Shown here in pieces: positions 39,693 through 49,076 of a stretch of DNA of 64,000 nucleotides (position 1 is its first letter; each line of letters starts with the position of its first letter). The position numbers were made by a program, and so were the translations under genes. The notes below the pieces were generated by a model that saw only the letters and a list, made by a program, of their open reading frames with translations, was not told the origin of the DNA and searched no databases. The stretch spans positions 37,802 through 101,801 of the forward strand of contig DAISYQ010000002.1 of assembly GCA_036825195.1 (NCBI GenBank), written 5' to 3'. This DNA comes from Syntrophales bacterium. Its GTDB lineage: Bacteria > Desulfobacterota > Syntrophia > Syntrophales > UBA2210.

Positions 39693-41528
39693 TTGTCTTC
39701 TCGAAAAGATATTTCTTCCACTGAAAAACTGCTCGACCTTATACGAAGCGATGAGTATCATGACGATACTCCCGACGCTCCGCCCTCCTTTTCACCTACA
39801 AATCCACCGAAAAATGCTGGAAAGGAGAATGTGTCGGGTTTTTTTGCAAAAAAATCCGTATCTGTCGGAGTAGATATTGGGTCCGATGAACTGAAGTTGG
39901 TCAAGGTAAAACAACTTTCTGGGGGTCAGTGGAGACTGCTTGATTACCGAAATGTCCCCATTAAAGCGGGGATGTCAAAAGGCACAGCCGAATTTGCAGG
40001 CTTCTTGAGATCGGCGCTTCTGCAGTTCTGCGGTTCCAGAAAGAATTTCACCTTATGGAGCCTGATACAGTCGGACAAGGTGGGCGTGCAGAGCATCCGC
40101 ATACCGAAAGTAGGAAAGAAGCAACTCGAAAACGCCGTCTACTGGACCGCTAAGAAGAATATCAGCTTTGATGAAAAGGACACGATCCTTGATTTCGAAG
40201 TTCAGGGTGAAGTAATCGAATCCGGTATAACCAAACTTTCGGTTCTGGTATGTACCGCTTCGAAACGTGAAGTTGAGGAGATGGAGAATCTCTTCAACAG
40301 TATCGGATTTCCCCTGACCGGTCTTACCGTTGCTCCTTTCGCCCTCCAGAACCTGTTCAGGACCGACTGGATGCCTTTCCCCGGTCAGACGGTGGCTGCG
40401 CTCTACATTGGAGACAGTTCGTCTCGCATAGACATCTTTTCCGGAGGCAATCTGGAGATGACGCGTGGGATACGGGCGGGAATCAACAGCATGGCCGAAT
40501 CTCTCATGGAAGAGTATGCCGCGTCTGGCAGGACATCAGAGCCGATACATGTTGAGGATGCGAGAGATCTTTTATTTGGTCTTAGTTCCGACTATCAGCC
40601 GGATGGAAAAGCCGAACGCTTTGGCCTCACCCGGGAAGATATATTCGCAATGATTAATCCTGCCTTGGAGCGACTGGTGAGACAGGTGGAAAGGACCTTC
40701 GAGCACCACACCATCATCCTTGGTAACGAAGATATAGATTTTATATATGTCTTTTCCGATATGGGCTCGTGCATGCCCGTGGTTGACTATCTCTGCGATC
40801 AACTCAAAAAAGAGAGCGACGTCCTTGACCCTATGACCCCGGAGAGTCCATTCTCCGGTATGATTACATCAACTACCTCCGTTTCACAGAGAATCCCCTT
40901 GGTGACCGCTCTGAGTTTGGCGCTGTCGAATTTGTCTCGTACACCCAACCTGATATTCCCTTACAGTGAAAAAGAAAAATTTAAGAGTACCAGACGTGTC
41001 AACCAGGTAATTTTCTCGATGTTCGCTGTCCTTATGATCATTGCCGTCGGTATTTTCTTCTGGATGGGCGATATTGTAGACAAAAAAGAGATCAGATTGT
41101 CGGAACTCCAGCGGCAATTGGGAAGCAGTGTCCAGAATGTTGAACAGGACACCCGTGAAATGATCTCCAAAATCAGGGATAACAAGACCGCTTTAAAAGA
41201 TTTCAAGAAGAGATACCTCGGTGTTGCCGTAGTAGGGGAGTTGTCGAAACTGACCCCGACAGACATATACCTCTCCACCTTGAAGGCAAATATGGGTGCC
41301 GATACCGGAAAAGAGGACAATAAATCTGCAAGGGGAGTGAATGTTACCGGAGTTGTGACGGGTTCTTCCGCTTCTTCCGAATCTTTATTGGCGAAATATG
41401 TGCTTGAACTTCAAAACTCCCCGATCTTTAAAAAGGTTACGATTGACAAGAGTAATACAAAGCCCTTTCACTCAAGGGAAGCGCTTCATTTTAGTCTGAA
41501 TATCGATTTTGCTCAGGATACGAAATGA
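39693..41528 (+). CDS. Type IV pilus PilM-PilN fusion (actin-like cytoplasmic domain + TM + periplasmic domain)
   Basis: VGVDIGSDELKLV, YIGDSSSRI, TM near residue 450, PilN-like ELSKLTPTDIYL; TTG start after GGAGGT. Confidence 0.82.
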   Translation: MSSRKDISSTEKLLDLIRSDEYHDDTPDAPPSFSPTNPPKNAGKENVSGFFAKKSVSVGVDIGSDELKLVKVKQLSGGQWRLLDYRNVPIKAGMSKGTAEFAGFLRSALLQFCGSRKNFTLWSLIQSDKVGVQSIRIPKVGKKQLENAVYWTAKKNISFDEKDTILDFEVQGEVIESGITKLSVLVCTASKREVEEMENLFNSIGFPLTGLTVAPFALQNLFRTDWMPFPGQTVAALYIGDSSSRIDIFSGGNLEMTRGIRAGINSMAESLMEEYAASGRTSEPIHVEDARDLLFGLSSDYQPDGKAERFGLTREDIFAMINPALERLVRQVERTFEHHTIILGNEDIDFIYVFSDMGSCMPVVDYLCDQLKKESDVLDPMTPESPFSGMITSTTSVSQRIPLVTALSLALSNLSRTPNLIFPYSEKEKFKSTRRVNQVIFSMFAVLMIIAVGIFFWMGDIVDKKEIRLSELQRQLGSSVQNVEQDTREMISKIRDNKTALKDFKKRYLGVAVVGELSKLTPTDIYLSTLKANMGADTGKEDNKSARGVNVTGVVTGSSASSESLLAKYVLELQNSPIFKKVTIDKSNTKPFHSREALHFSLNIDFAQDTK

Positions 41529-42067
41529 AGAATATACAAACACAGATAGGCAAAATTCCGGCTCGTAGCGTACTGTATCTTTTGATATGTTTCGTTATTG
41601 TTTTGATATTCTACTTCGTTGCCATTTACCCCTATCAGAGATCGCTGAACGCGATAGACATGAAGACCCGAGAAGCTTCGGTTCACATAGAGAAGCAGAA
41701 CACTCTTTTACCTCTCTACGAAAAAATAAAGAAAATACAACATGTTGATATCCCTGAAGGATTGCCTCTGCCTGAGAAGAAAGGACTCTCGAGAGAGGAA
41801 ATTGATGCCGTCTCATCACTGTTGAAAAAGATAACGGACAAATACGGTATGGAGATTTTATCCGTCAGTCCCGATGTGGCGACCATGACGGAGAAATCAA
41901 ATGATATCATGGTCGCTATTCGACTGAAGGGACAGTTCCACGATTTCAGAAAATTCATGATTGAACTGGGAGGAGCGCCATATCTGGACCGGGTGGAGGA
42001 GTTAGAGATAACACAGGAAACCGGTAACAAAGAATTCTATCTCAAGGTGTGGTTGGTAATTGTATGA
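41525..42067 (+). CDS. pilO: PilO-like protein
   Basis: N-terminal TM, coiled coil, IRLKGQFHDFRKFM; overlaps pilMN stop. Confidence 0.75.
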   Translation: MKNIQTQIGKIPARSVLYLLICFVIVLIFYFVAIYPYQRSLNAIDMKTREASVHIEKQNTLLPLYEKIKKIQHVDIPEGLPLPEKKGLSREEIDAVSSLLKKITDKYGMEILSVSPDVATMTEKSNDIMVAIRLKGQFHDFRKFMIELGGAPYLDRVEELEITQETGNKEFYLKVWLVIV

Positions 42068-42189
42068 GAGAGATGAAAGGTTGTAGGCGAAGAGATTCCG
42101 ACGGTTTCTTTTTCTTTGAATTACGATGTTGCCCACGTGAAAAAATTATTAGTCTAATATTTACAATTTGTTGATAGAATAAGGATATT

Positions 42190-42669
42190 ATGAAACGGGT
42201 TAAGGTGTCGACACGGGAAATAGTAATAGTGGTTATCATGGTAGCCGCTGTTCTGTATGGTGTGTATGACCTTTTCATTGCCTCGTCAAAACCGACTGAT
42301 AATAGGGCTCGAGTGGATGCCGTGGCAATCGACGGTCTCATAGCGGACGCCTCGGAAGTCTTAAAAGACAGTGGTTCCTATCCGATCAACGCCCATATCG
42401 TTTCCGTAACCGATAATGGCTGGAAGAGAGATCCCTTTTATGAAATCAATACGCTTGCGATAAACGCTTCGGATCTGAACCTGAGATATACCGGTTATCT
42501 TGAGATCGGCAAGAGGAAGATAGCCGTTATAAACAATGAGAGCTATGAAATAGGAGATGAACTGGAACTCGGTGGATACACTGTTAGACGGATAAAACCA
42601 TCCGAAATTGTCATCGAAGAAAAGGTTAACAAGACGGATATTACCATTCCGTTCCTGGAAGAGGAATAA
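42190..42669 (+). CDS. PilP/MshK-like membrane-anchored protein
   Basis: N-terminal TM, WKRDPF, KIAVINNESYEIGD; lies between pilO and pilQ. Confidence 0.6.
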   Translation: MKRVKVSTREIVIVVIMVAAVLYGVYDLFIASSKPTDNRARVDAVAIDGLIADASEVLKDSGSYPINAHIVSVTDNGWKRDPFYEINTLAINASDLNLRYTGYLEIGKRKIAVINNESYEIGDELELGGYTVRRIKPSEIVIEEKVNKTDITIPFLEEE

Positions 42670-42675
42670 CCTTTA

Positions 42676-44256
42676 ATGGAGGATATAGCCTTGAAGGTAA
42701 TAAAGAGAAATACATTGGTCCGGCTGTTTCTTGTGATTATATCCGGTCTGCTGGTCTTCGGTTGTGCCGGAACGAAAGAGATTAAGAAAGATCCGTTTTT
42801 TGAGAAGTGGAGTCTCGAAGCACAAAAATCCATGGGCAAGTCGCCGGTTGCAAGGGAACGCTCACTGGAAATACCGGATGAGTCGGGTGTAGCAGGGGAA
42901 CAGAAAATTCAGGAAAGACCCCTCCCGAACATGAAGGTAACCCTTATCATGCGTGACACGGAGGTAAGCGTTGTTCTCCGTACACTGGCAAAGGCGGCCA
43001 AACAGAACATATTAATCAAATCCGAGATACAGGGTAAGATCAACGCCGATTTCAGGCAGGTCCCGTGGAATGAGGCATTTCTCAGCATAATGCGATCTAA
43101 GATGCTCACATATATGTGGGAGGGTAATATAATCAGGATATTGACGGTTGCGGATCTGGAAAATGATCTCGCACTGGAAAAGGTTCAGAGGGAAAAACGG
43201 GAACAGGAGATCATACGAAGCAGATTATCTCCTCTTCTGACGATGATTGTCCCCATTGATTATGCCGACCCCGGTAAACTCAAGGAAAATCTCACCGGTT
43301 TCCTGACCAAGAACGAAAAGGGTGAGCCCTACGGTTCGGTGACGGTGGATGATCATACAAATTCGCTGATCATACAGGCAGTGCGAGATGACCTGAAGAA
43401 GATTGTTCCGATGATCAGCACGATCGACAAACCGACCCCTCAGATACGGATCGAGGCCAATATTGTCGAAACGAGCAAGGAGACAGCCCGAGACCTCGGA
43501 ATCCAGTGGGGTGGCATGTACGGAAATTCGGTGAGTGTCGGCAGTAAGACCAGCGATTACTATATTACTCCCGGTGGAACCGGAGGCACCGTAGGGACAA
43601 GTCCGAGCAGTGGCGGATATATACCAGCGTACGGTTCTGCCGGACTTGGCGGACACGGTTACGCCGTCAACTTTCCGGTCAGTTCCGATGCCGCGACTAA
43701 TGCAGGCGGGTTGGCATCGCTTGGACTGATGTTTGGGAAGCTCGGAGGAAACCTTCTTGAGGTACAATTAACGGCGTTACAATCGGAGGGAAAGCTGAAC
43801 ATTCTGTCCAGCCCCTCCATTACCACCCTGGACAATCAAATGGCATTCACCGAGAACGGTGAGAGGGTTCCCTATGTTTCGTATGAGGATGGTGACCAGG
43901 AAGTCAAATGGGAAGACGCGGTTCTCCGTCTGGAGATTACACCCCATGTAGTTGACGGGAAAAACATGAAAATGAAGATACTCGTCAAGAAAGACGAGGT
44001 TGATTCTTCGCGTGACGTCCAGGGAAACCCCTATATCATCAAGAAACAAACCGATACGACACTGATTGTCGGAGATGGGGAGACTATCGTTATATCAGGA
44101 CTCAGCAGACAGAGGACTTCAGGGGGCGATAGCGGTATTCCCTGGTTAAAGGATATTCCAGGTCTTGGCTACCTGTTCAAGGGCGAGAGTAAGGCGGAGT
44201 CAAAAGAAGAAGTTTTGATCTTTATTACGCCCCATATCCTGAAACCTGACGTTTAA
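42676..44256 (+). CDS. pilQ: Type IV pilus secretin PilQ (short, lipoprotein, no AMIN domains evident)
   Basis: Lipobox VFGC; PTPQIRIEANIVE, LSSPSITTLDNQ, GIPWLKDIPGLGYLFK. Confidence 0.92.
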   Translation: MEDIALKVIKRNTLVRLFLVIISGLLVFGCAGTKEIKKDPFFEKWSLEAQKSMGKSPVARERSLEIPDESGVAGEQKIQERPLPNMKVTLIMRDTEVSVVLRTLAKAAKQNILIKSEIQGKINADFRQVPWNEAFLSIMRSKMLTYMWEGNIIRILTVADLENDLALEKVQREKREQEIIRSRLSPLLTMIVPIDYADPGKLKENLTGFLTKNEKGEPYGSVTVDDHTNSLIIQAVRDDLKKIVPMISTIDKPTPQIRIEANIVETSKETARDLGIQWGGMYGNSVSVGSKTSDYYITPGGTGGTVGTSPSSGGYIPAYGSAGLGGHGYAVNFPVSSDAATNAGGLASLGLMFGKLGGNLLEVQLTALQSEGKLNILSSPSITTLDNQMAFTENGERVPYVSYEDGDQEVKWEDAVLRLEITPHVVDGKNMKMKILVKKDEVDSSRDVQGNPYIIKKQTDTTLIVGDGETIVISGLSRQRTSGGDSGIPWLKDIPGLGYLFKGESKAESKEEVLIFITPHILKPDV

Positions 44257-44455
44257 AATATATAATCTGAGGATGTGAAGTTATCCGGATCAGATGGTTG
44301 TGTATCAGTAACCGTTAAGACATGCGGAGGAAACGGGCGACAATGTCAGTCGCCCGGAAAAGCATTGAGGATACTGAACGTTTCCCTTCCCGCCGGGCAG
44401 GGACTGTGGATGATAAACGGATAGTTTCGATTACTGTAATACAAGGAGCTGTGGG

Positions 44456-47400
44456 ATGAAAGTGAGATATCTCCAAAATAGTTTTTTGGTCGTGCTTGTT
44501 GTGTGCGCCCTAATATTTTTTGTTTCATGCGGAAGCAGCGATGACGATAAAAGCTCATCATCGGTGAGAACGATATCGCTCAGTGCCAGTCCAACCAGCG
44601 TACCCGCAGACGGTTTCAGCACGTCCACTATCACGGCCGCACTCCTGGACAAGGAGGGCAATGCAGTATCCGAGTCGAGGGCTATCTCAGTTACCTTCTC
44701 CACAGACTTTGGCACCTTTACAGAGAACGGAAGCTCCACCTATACGACATATACGGAAAGCGGCGGAAACACGGCAACTGCTACCCTTGCTGCCTCTGAG
44801 GAAGAGGGAACCGCCAGGATTACGGTCAAGGCTGATGATATCAAGAAGGCACTGTATGTATCATTTACACAGTTTGATAATGAAGAAGTAGTTGCCGAGG
44901 AATTCAGCTTGTCGGCCAATTATCTCAATATATCGGGGCTGAGCAGAGTAGGCCTTGAAGACGTTATCACTGCCTGGGTCGGCGATATCTATGGCAATCC
45001 CATACAGGCCAATACATCTATCTCTTTCAAGACGTACGGTACGGGAGGGATGATTTCTCCGAATGTTGTCCCGACTGGTGAGTCGGGAACCGCCGCCAGC
45101 ACGCTGACCACGACATCCGGACCGGCACCCATGCAGGGATTTGTTTCGGTAACGGCCGAAACAGAGGGAGGACCGACAACCCGGGTGACATCCATCGCGG
45201 TAACGCCCTATCCCGACAATCATATCGTCTATGCGGGGACCAACGGCGGGGGAGTCTACAAGTCATCCGACAGTGGGGAGACCTGGGAAAACGTAAGCCG
45301 TTCAAGTGACAACCCGAAACTGGGGCAGAACTGGATGGATCCCTATATCAAAGGGCATAGCGCCATATGCGTCGATCCCGACAACCACAATACAATTTAT
45401 GTAGGCACGGGATATCTGGGGGCGGGGAATCTGTACCGCTCTCTGGATGGCGGAATGAACTGGAACAGTAACAATCTCGAAGAATGGTACGGAGTCTTCA
45501 GCACGAATGCGGCCGTTCTGACCGTGCTGTGCGACGACGGCGGGAGTGACTACGTATGGACGGGAACGGAGGGGTTAGGCATCTTATATGCGGCAAACGG
45601 TGAAAATTTCCAGCCCTCATGTGGAACCGCCACCACGCCCGCACCCGGAGGAGCAAATGTCGGAAATGGGACCGTGTCCGATCCGGTTCTTTCATACTCC
45701 TCGCAGACAGAGACATGGACTGCAACCTGTTTTCTGACCGATGCGAGCGCCACGGTTCCCGTGCTGGATGAAGATGCGGTGGGAAACGGCGCGATGTCGC
45801 CTGTTGAGACATCCGATACCACCGTTTCGGAGAACTGGACGGTGATGTGCAACGGATTTATCGGTGATCCGTCGTATGGTACTGGGGCCGGAACGGTCGA
45901 AGGGATCGTGATACAACACCTGACGGCGGAGACCTGGACCATCCGATGTATTGATGATAATCCCGATGACGACCCGTTGACTGACGATGCCCTGTTCACC
46001 GTCGTCGGCTCCGTTTCCGGGGCCCAGCCGAATGCCACAGAGGGCGAGCTTTATGAATCGGATGTCCTCAAATTTATCATAACTCCGGGTTTTGTTGAGG
46101 ATGATGTTATCACCTTTACCACATCCATCTTCTGGCGTGTGACCGGCACGGTCTCCGGATTACAGGAAGGTACTGCACGGATCAACAGATTGTACCACTC
46201 GGACAACAACGAAATTGCGTTCACAATCTATTCCGGGAGCGTTCCCTTCGAAGCGGGGGATAGCTTCACCTTCACGACGATCGGACCGGCAACCGGCTGG
46301 ACAGTCTATGGAAGTACGTCCGGGATCCAGTCGAACCCCGCATGGAATAACACGGTTTATACATCGGACAACAACGAGGTGAGTTTCATAATCTACGAGG
46401 GATCGACTCCGTTCGCCGACGGCGATACGTTCACTTTCAGCGTTACGGCGAGTGATATCGGTCATGGCTGGACCGTATGGGATATTGTGAAGGTCCCGGG
46501 TACGCATGGAAGTGCCGCCATTCTCTACGCGGCAACGAACGTTGGTGTTTTTAAAAGTATCGACGGCGGCCGGACATGGAATGAGACTTCCAACTTTACC
46601 GGCGATTATATTACGGCCCTATCCCTGCACACGTCATCCACGGGCGGCGCGAACGATGTGATCTATGCCGGGACACTGAATGCGGGAGTCTGGGTAAGCA
46701 CGAACAGCGGAACGGACTGGACACAGTATGCGGGCGGCATGACATCGGGTGTCAGTGCCTCGATTAAGGATCTTTCGGTTGATTCCATGAATGCGAAACT
46801 CTATGCCCTTTGCTATACGGGACCGTCAGATAGTGCAACGGGACATGTGTATTCCCATGCGTTGAACGGCGGTGGATCTATGACAACCGGGACGTGGAAT
46901 TCAGCCAATACCGGTCTTTCCGGAGGAGCTCTCTACGCGGCTGCTCTGGACAGCCCCTCTGATCCCGAGGGGATCTTTGTCGGTGGTGAGGGTATAGCGC
47001 TGTATCGGGCGGAAAGCGGGCTGGATGCGGGGAATCCCATATGGATTGAGAAGATTAATGGTATCGACAACACCATCATGGCGCGCATGCCCGTACTGTT
47101 CACCGGTAACTGTGCGATGACCATCGATCAGACCCTCTATAATAATACGGTGTACTACACCGTGTATATTGAGGATCTGAATGGAAATCCCCCGATCGTG
47201 GGTTCGACATTTACGGTCACCTATAACAACGACACCGAAATAATTGATGTGACCTATCCTCATTGCTATCAACACGAAGGAACCTTCAGAGATCCGGGGA
47301 ATCCCTATTCCAATTATCCCTACCGGTTATCTGTTACCCTCGACCCGACAGAGGACAAAAATGAGGTGGAGTTTGTCTTCACCCCGGCCGACACACTGGA

Positions 47401-47467
47401 TGATGCGGACTATCCCAATGTTCCGGGGTGTTCCGGTGCGGAACAGAGAGTTACTTATCGTTATTAG
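44456..47467 (+). CDS. Large lipoprotein: Big_1-type Ig domains + Asp-box beta-propeller interrupted by ~55 aa beta repeats
   Basis: Lipobox FVSC; SLSASPTSVPADG Ig motif; Asp boxes YKSSDSGETW, YRSLDGGMNW, FKSIDGGRTW, WVSTNSGTDW. Confidence 0.8.
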   Translation: MKVRYLQNSFLVVLVVCALIFFVSCGSSDDDKSSSSVRTISLSASPTSVPADGFSTSTITAALLDKEGNAVSESRAISVTFSTDFGTFTENGSSTYTTYTESGGNTATATLAASEEEGTARITVKADDIKKALYVSFTQFDNEEVVAEEFSLSANYLNISGLSRVGLEDVITAWVGDIYGNPIQANTSISFKTYGTGGMISPNVVPTGESGTAASTLTTTSGPAPMQGFVSVTAETEGGPTTRVTSIAVTPYPDNHIVYAGTNGGGVYKSSDSGETWENVSRSSDNPKLGQNWMDPYIKGHSAICVDPDNHNTIYVGTGYLGAGNLYRSLDGGMNWNSNNLEEWYGVFSTNAAVLTVLCDDGGSDYVWTGTEGLGILYAANGENFQPSCGTATTPAPGGANVGNGTVSDPVLSYSSQTETWTATCFLTDASATVPVLDEDAVGNGAMSPVETSDTTVSENWTVMCNGFIGDPSYGTGAGTVEGIVIQHLTAETWTIRCIDDNPDDDPLTDDALFTVVGSVSGAQPNATEGELYESDVLKFIITPGFVEDDVITFTTSIFWRVTGTVSGLQEGTARINRLYHSDNNEIAFTIYSGSVPFEAGDSFTFTTIGPATGWTVYGSTSGIQSNPAWNNTVYTSDNNEVSFIIYEGSTPFADGDTFTFSVTASDIGHGWTVWDIVKVPGTHGSAAILYAATNVGVFKSIDGGRTWNETSNFTGDYITALSLHTSSTGGANDVIYAGTLNAGVWVSTNSGTDWTQYAGGMTSGVSASIKDLSVDSMNAKLYALCYTGPSDSATGHVYSHALNGGGSMTTGTWNSANTGLSGGALYAAALDSPSDPEGIFVGGEGIALYRAESGLDAGNPIWIEKINGIDNTIMARMPVLFTGNCAMTIDQTLYNNTVYYTVYIEDLNGNPPIVGSTFTVTYNNDTEIIDVTYPHCYQHEGTFRDPGNPYSNYPYRLSVTLDPTEDKNEVEFVFTPADTLDDADYPNVPGCSGAEQRVTYRY

Positions 47468-47469
47468 AT

Positions 47470-49044
47470 ATGGACTATTTCAGGATATTAAATCTTGTCA
47501 AAGAACCTTTTTCCAACTCTCCCGAACCGGAGTTCTTTTACCAGTCCGAGCAGCATGTGGAGTGTCTCCAGAAGCTGGAACTCGCCGTGCGCTTGCGGCG
47601 CGGGCTGAATGTCGTCATCGGAGATGTGGGGACGGGTAAGACCACGCTGTGCAGGCAGATGATCCGCAGGCTTGCCGCCGATAAGAACGTAGAAACATAC
47701 CTTATGATAGACCCGTATTTCAGCAAACCGATGGAGTTTCTCCATGCGGTGAGTGAACTGCTGGGTATTGATGACAGTAAGCCCGAAATGACGGAATGGC
47801 AGGTCAAGGAGGAGATCAAAAACCACCTCTATGCGAAAGGGGTAGGAGAACAAAAGATCCTTGTTCTGATCATAGACGAGGGGCAGAAGATTCCGGATTT
47901 CTGTCTTGAAATGTTGAGAGAATTTCTCAACTATGAGACGAATGAATACAAGCTGCTGCAGATCGTTATATTTGCCCAGAAGGAGTTTTATCAGGTGCTT
48001 GAAGGGCATCCGGGTTTCGCCGATCGTATCAACCTCTCCTACGATTTTTCACCCATGAACTTTGCCGATACGCGGGCGATGATACGGTACCGCCTGGATA
48101 TCGCCAGTGGGGGGAAAAAGGAGGTTTACTTTACCTTTCCCGCTCTGTGGGCGATCTACCGAATCACGAAAGGATATCCGCGGAAGATCGTCAGGCTGTG
48201 CCACCAGATTATTCTCGCCCTTATTGTTCAAAACCGTACAAAAGCTAATTGGTCACTGGCCCGTTTCTGTGCGCACGGAGAAGAAAAATCCGGTGGAACA
48301 AGGCGAGTCGTATTGGCCGCAACCTTCGCTTGTTTGATCGCTTTAATCTTCTTTGGATTCAAGTATGATCATCTATTTGTTTCAGTGAATCACTCTCCTT
48401 CGGTTGAGGCGGTGTCGATGTCCGCGCCCGTTGTAAAAGACCTGGCGGAAAACGCGAAACAGGTGATTCCGGTTCAGTCTGCGGCGATTGCCGCTCTTCC
48501 CGAGAAGCCTCCGGCTGAAGTTTCATACATTACCGAAAAAGCGCCGGTGATTGAGGAAAAATATCCCCCGTTGCTGGGGCGGCTGGGAATACGGAAAAAT
48601 GAAACGGTCTCGGGCATTGTGAGAAGGGTGTACGGTGTGTGTGATCCGGAGCGGCTTGCAGTAATAACCGATGCCAACCCGCACATCAAGGATTTGAACA
48701 GGGTTGTGCCGGGGGAGGTGATTAATCTTCCGGCGATTCCCTCCGGGTTTTACCCCGCGCCGGAATGGATCTGCTGGGTTCAGGTGGCGCAGAAAGGAAG
48801 TCTCGAGGATATTTATGCATTGTGCACAACATATCCCGGCACGTTGCCCCCGATTCAGATATTTCCCTGCTGGAACGGTCGTGAGGGGTTGACTTTTACC
48901 GCTATCATGGAAAAGGGCTTCACCGATGAAGAGTCGGCGCAGAGAGCCATTGACGAACTGCCCCGGCTGATCTCTTCAGGCGCGAAGGTCATTACAAAGT
49001 GGGACGAAGATACGGTTTTCTTTTCCACCGTGGCGTCTCGCTGA
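47470..49044 (+). CDS. ExeA/MshM-type AAA ATPase with TM, LysM and SPOR-like C-terminus
   Basis: EPFSNSPEP, GDVGTGKTT, LIIDEGQ, GYPRKI; LysM-like NPHIKDLNRVVPGEVINLP. Confidence 0.85.
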   Translation: MDYFRILNLVKEPFSNSPEPEFFYQSEQHVECLQKLELAVRLRRGLNVVIGDVGTGKTTLCRQMIRRLAADKNVETYLMIDPYFSKPMEFLHAVSELLGIDDSKPEMTEWQVKEEIKNHLYAKGVGEQKILVLIIDEGQKIPDFCLEMLREFLNYETNEYKLLQIVIFAQKEFYQVLEGHPGFADRINLSYDFSPMNFADTRAMIRYRLDIASGGKKEVYFTFPALWAIYRITKGYPRKIVRLCHQIILALIVQNRTKANWSLARFCAHGEEKSGGTRRVVLAATFACLIALIFFGFKYDHLFVSVNHSPSVEAVSMSAPVVKDLAENAKQVIPVQSAAIAALPEKPPAEVSYITEKAPVIEEKYPPLLGRLGIRKNETVSGIVRRVYGVCDPERLAVITDANPHIKDLNRVVPGEVINLPAIPSGFYPAPEWICWVQVAQKGSLEDIYALCTTYPGTLPPIQIFPCWNGREGLTFTAIMEKGFTDEESAQRAIDELPRLISSGAKVITKWDEDTVFFSTVASR

Positions 49045-49076
49045 TATCTGTTTTAACAAAAGGAAAGGGTCGTACG

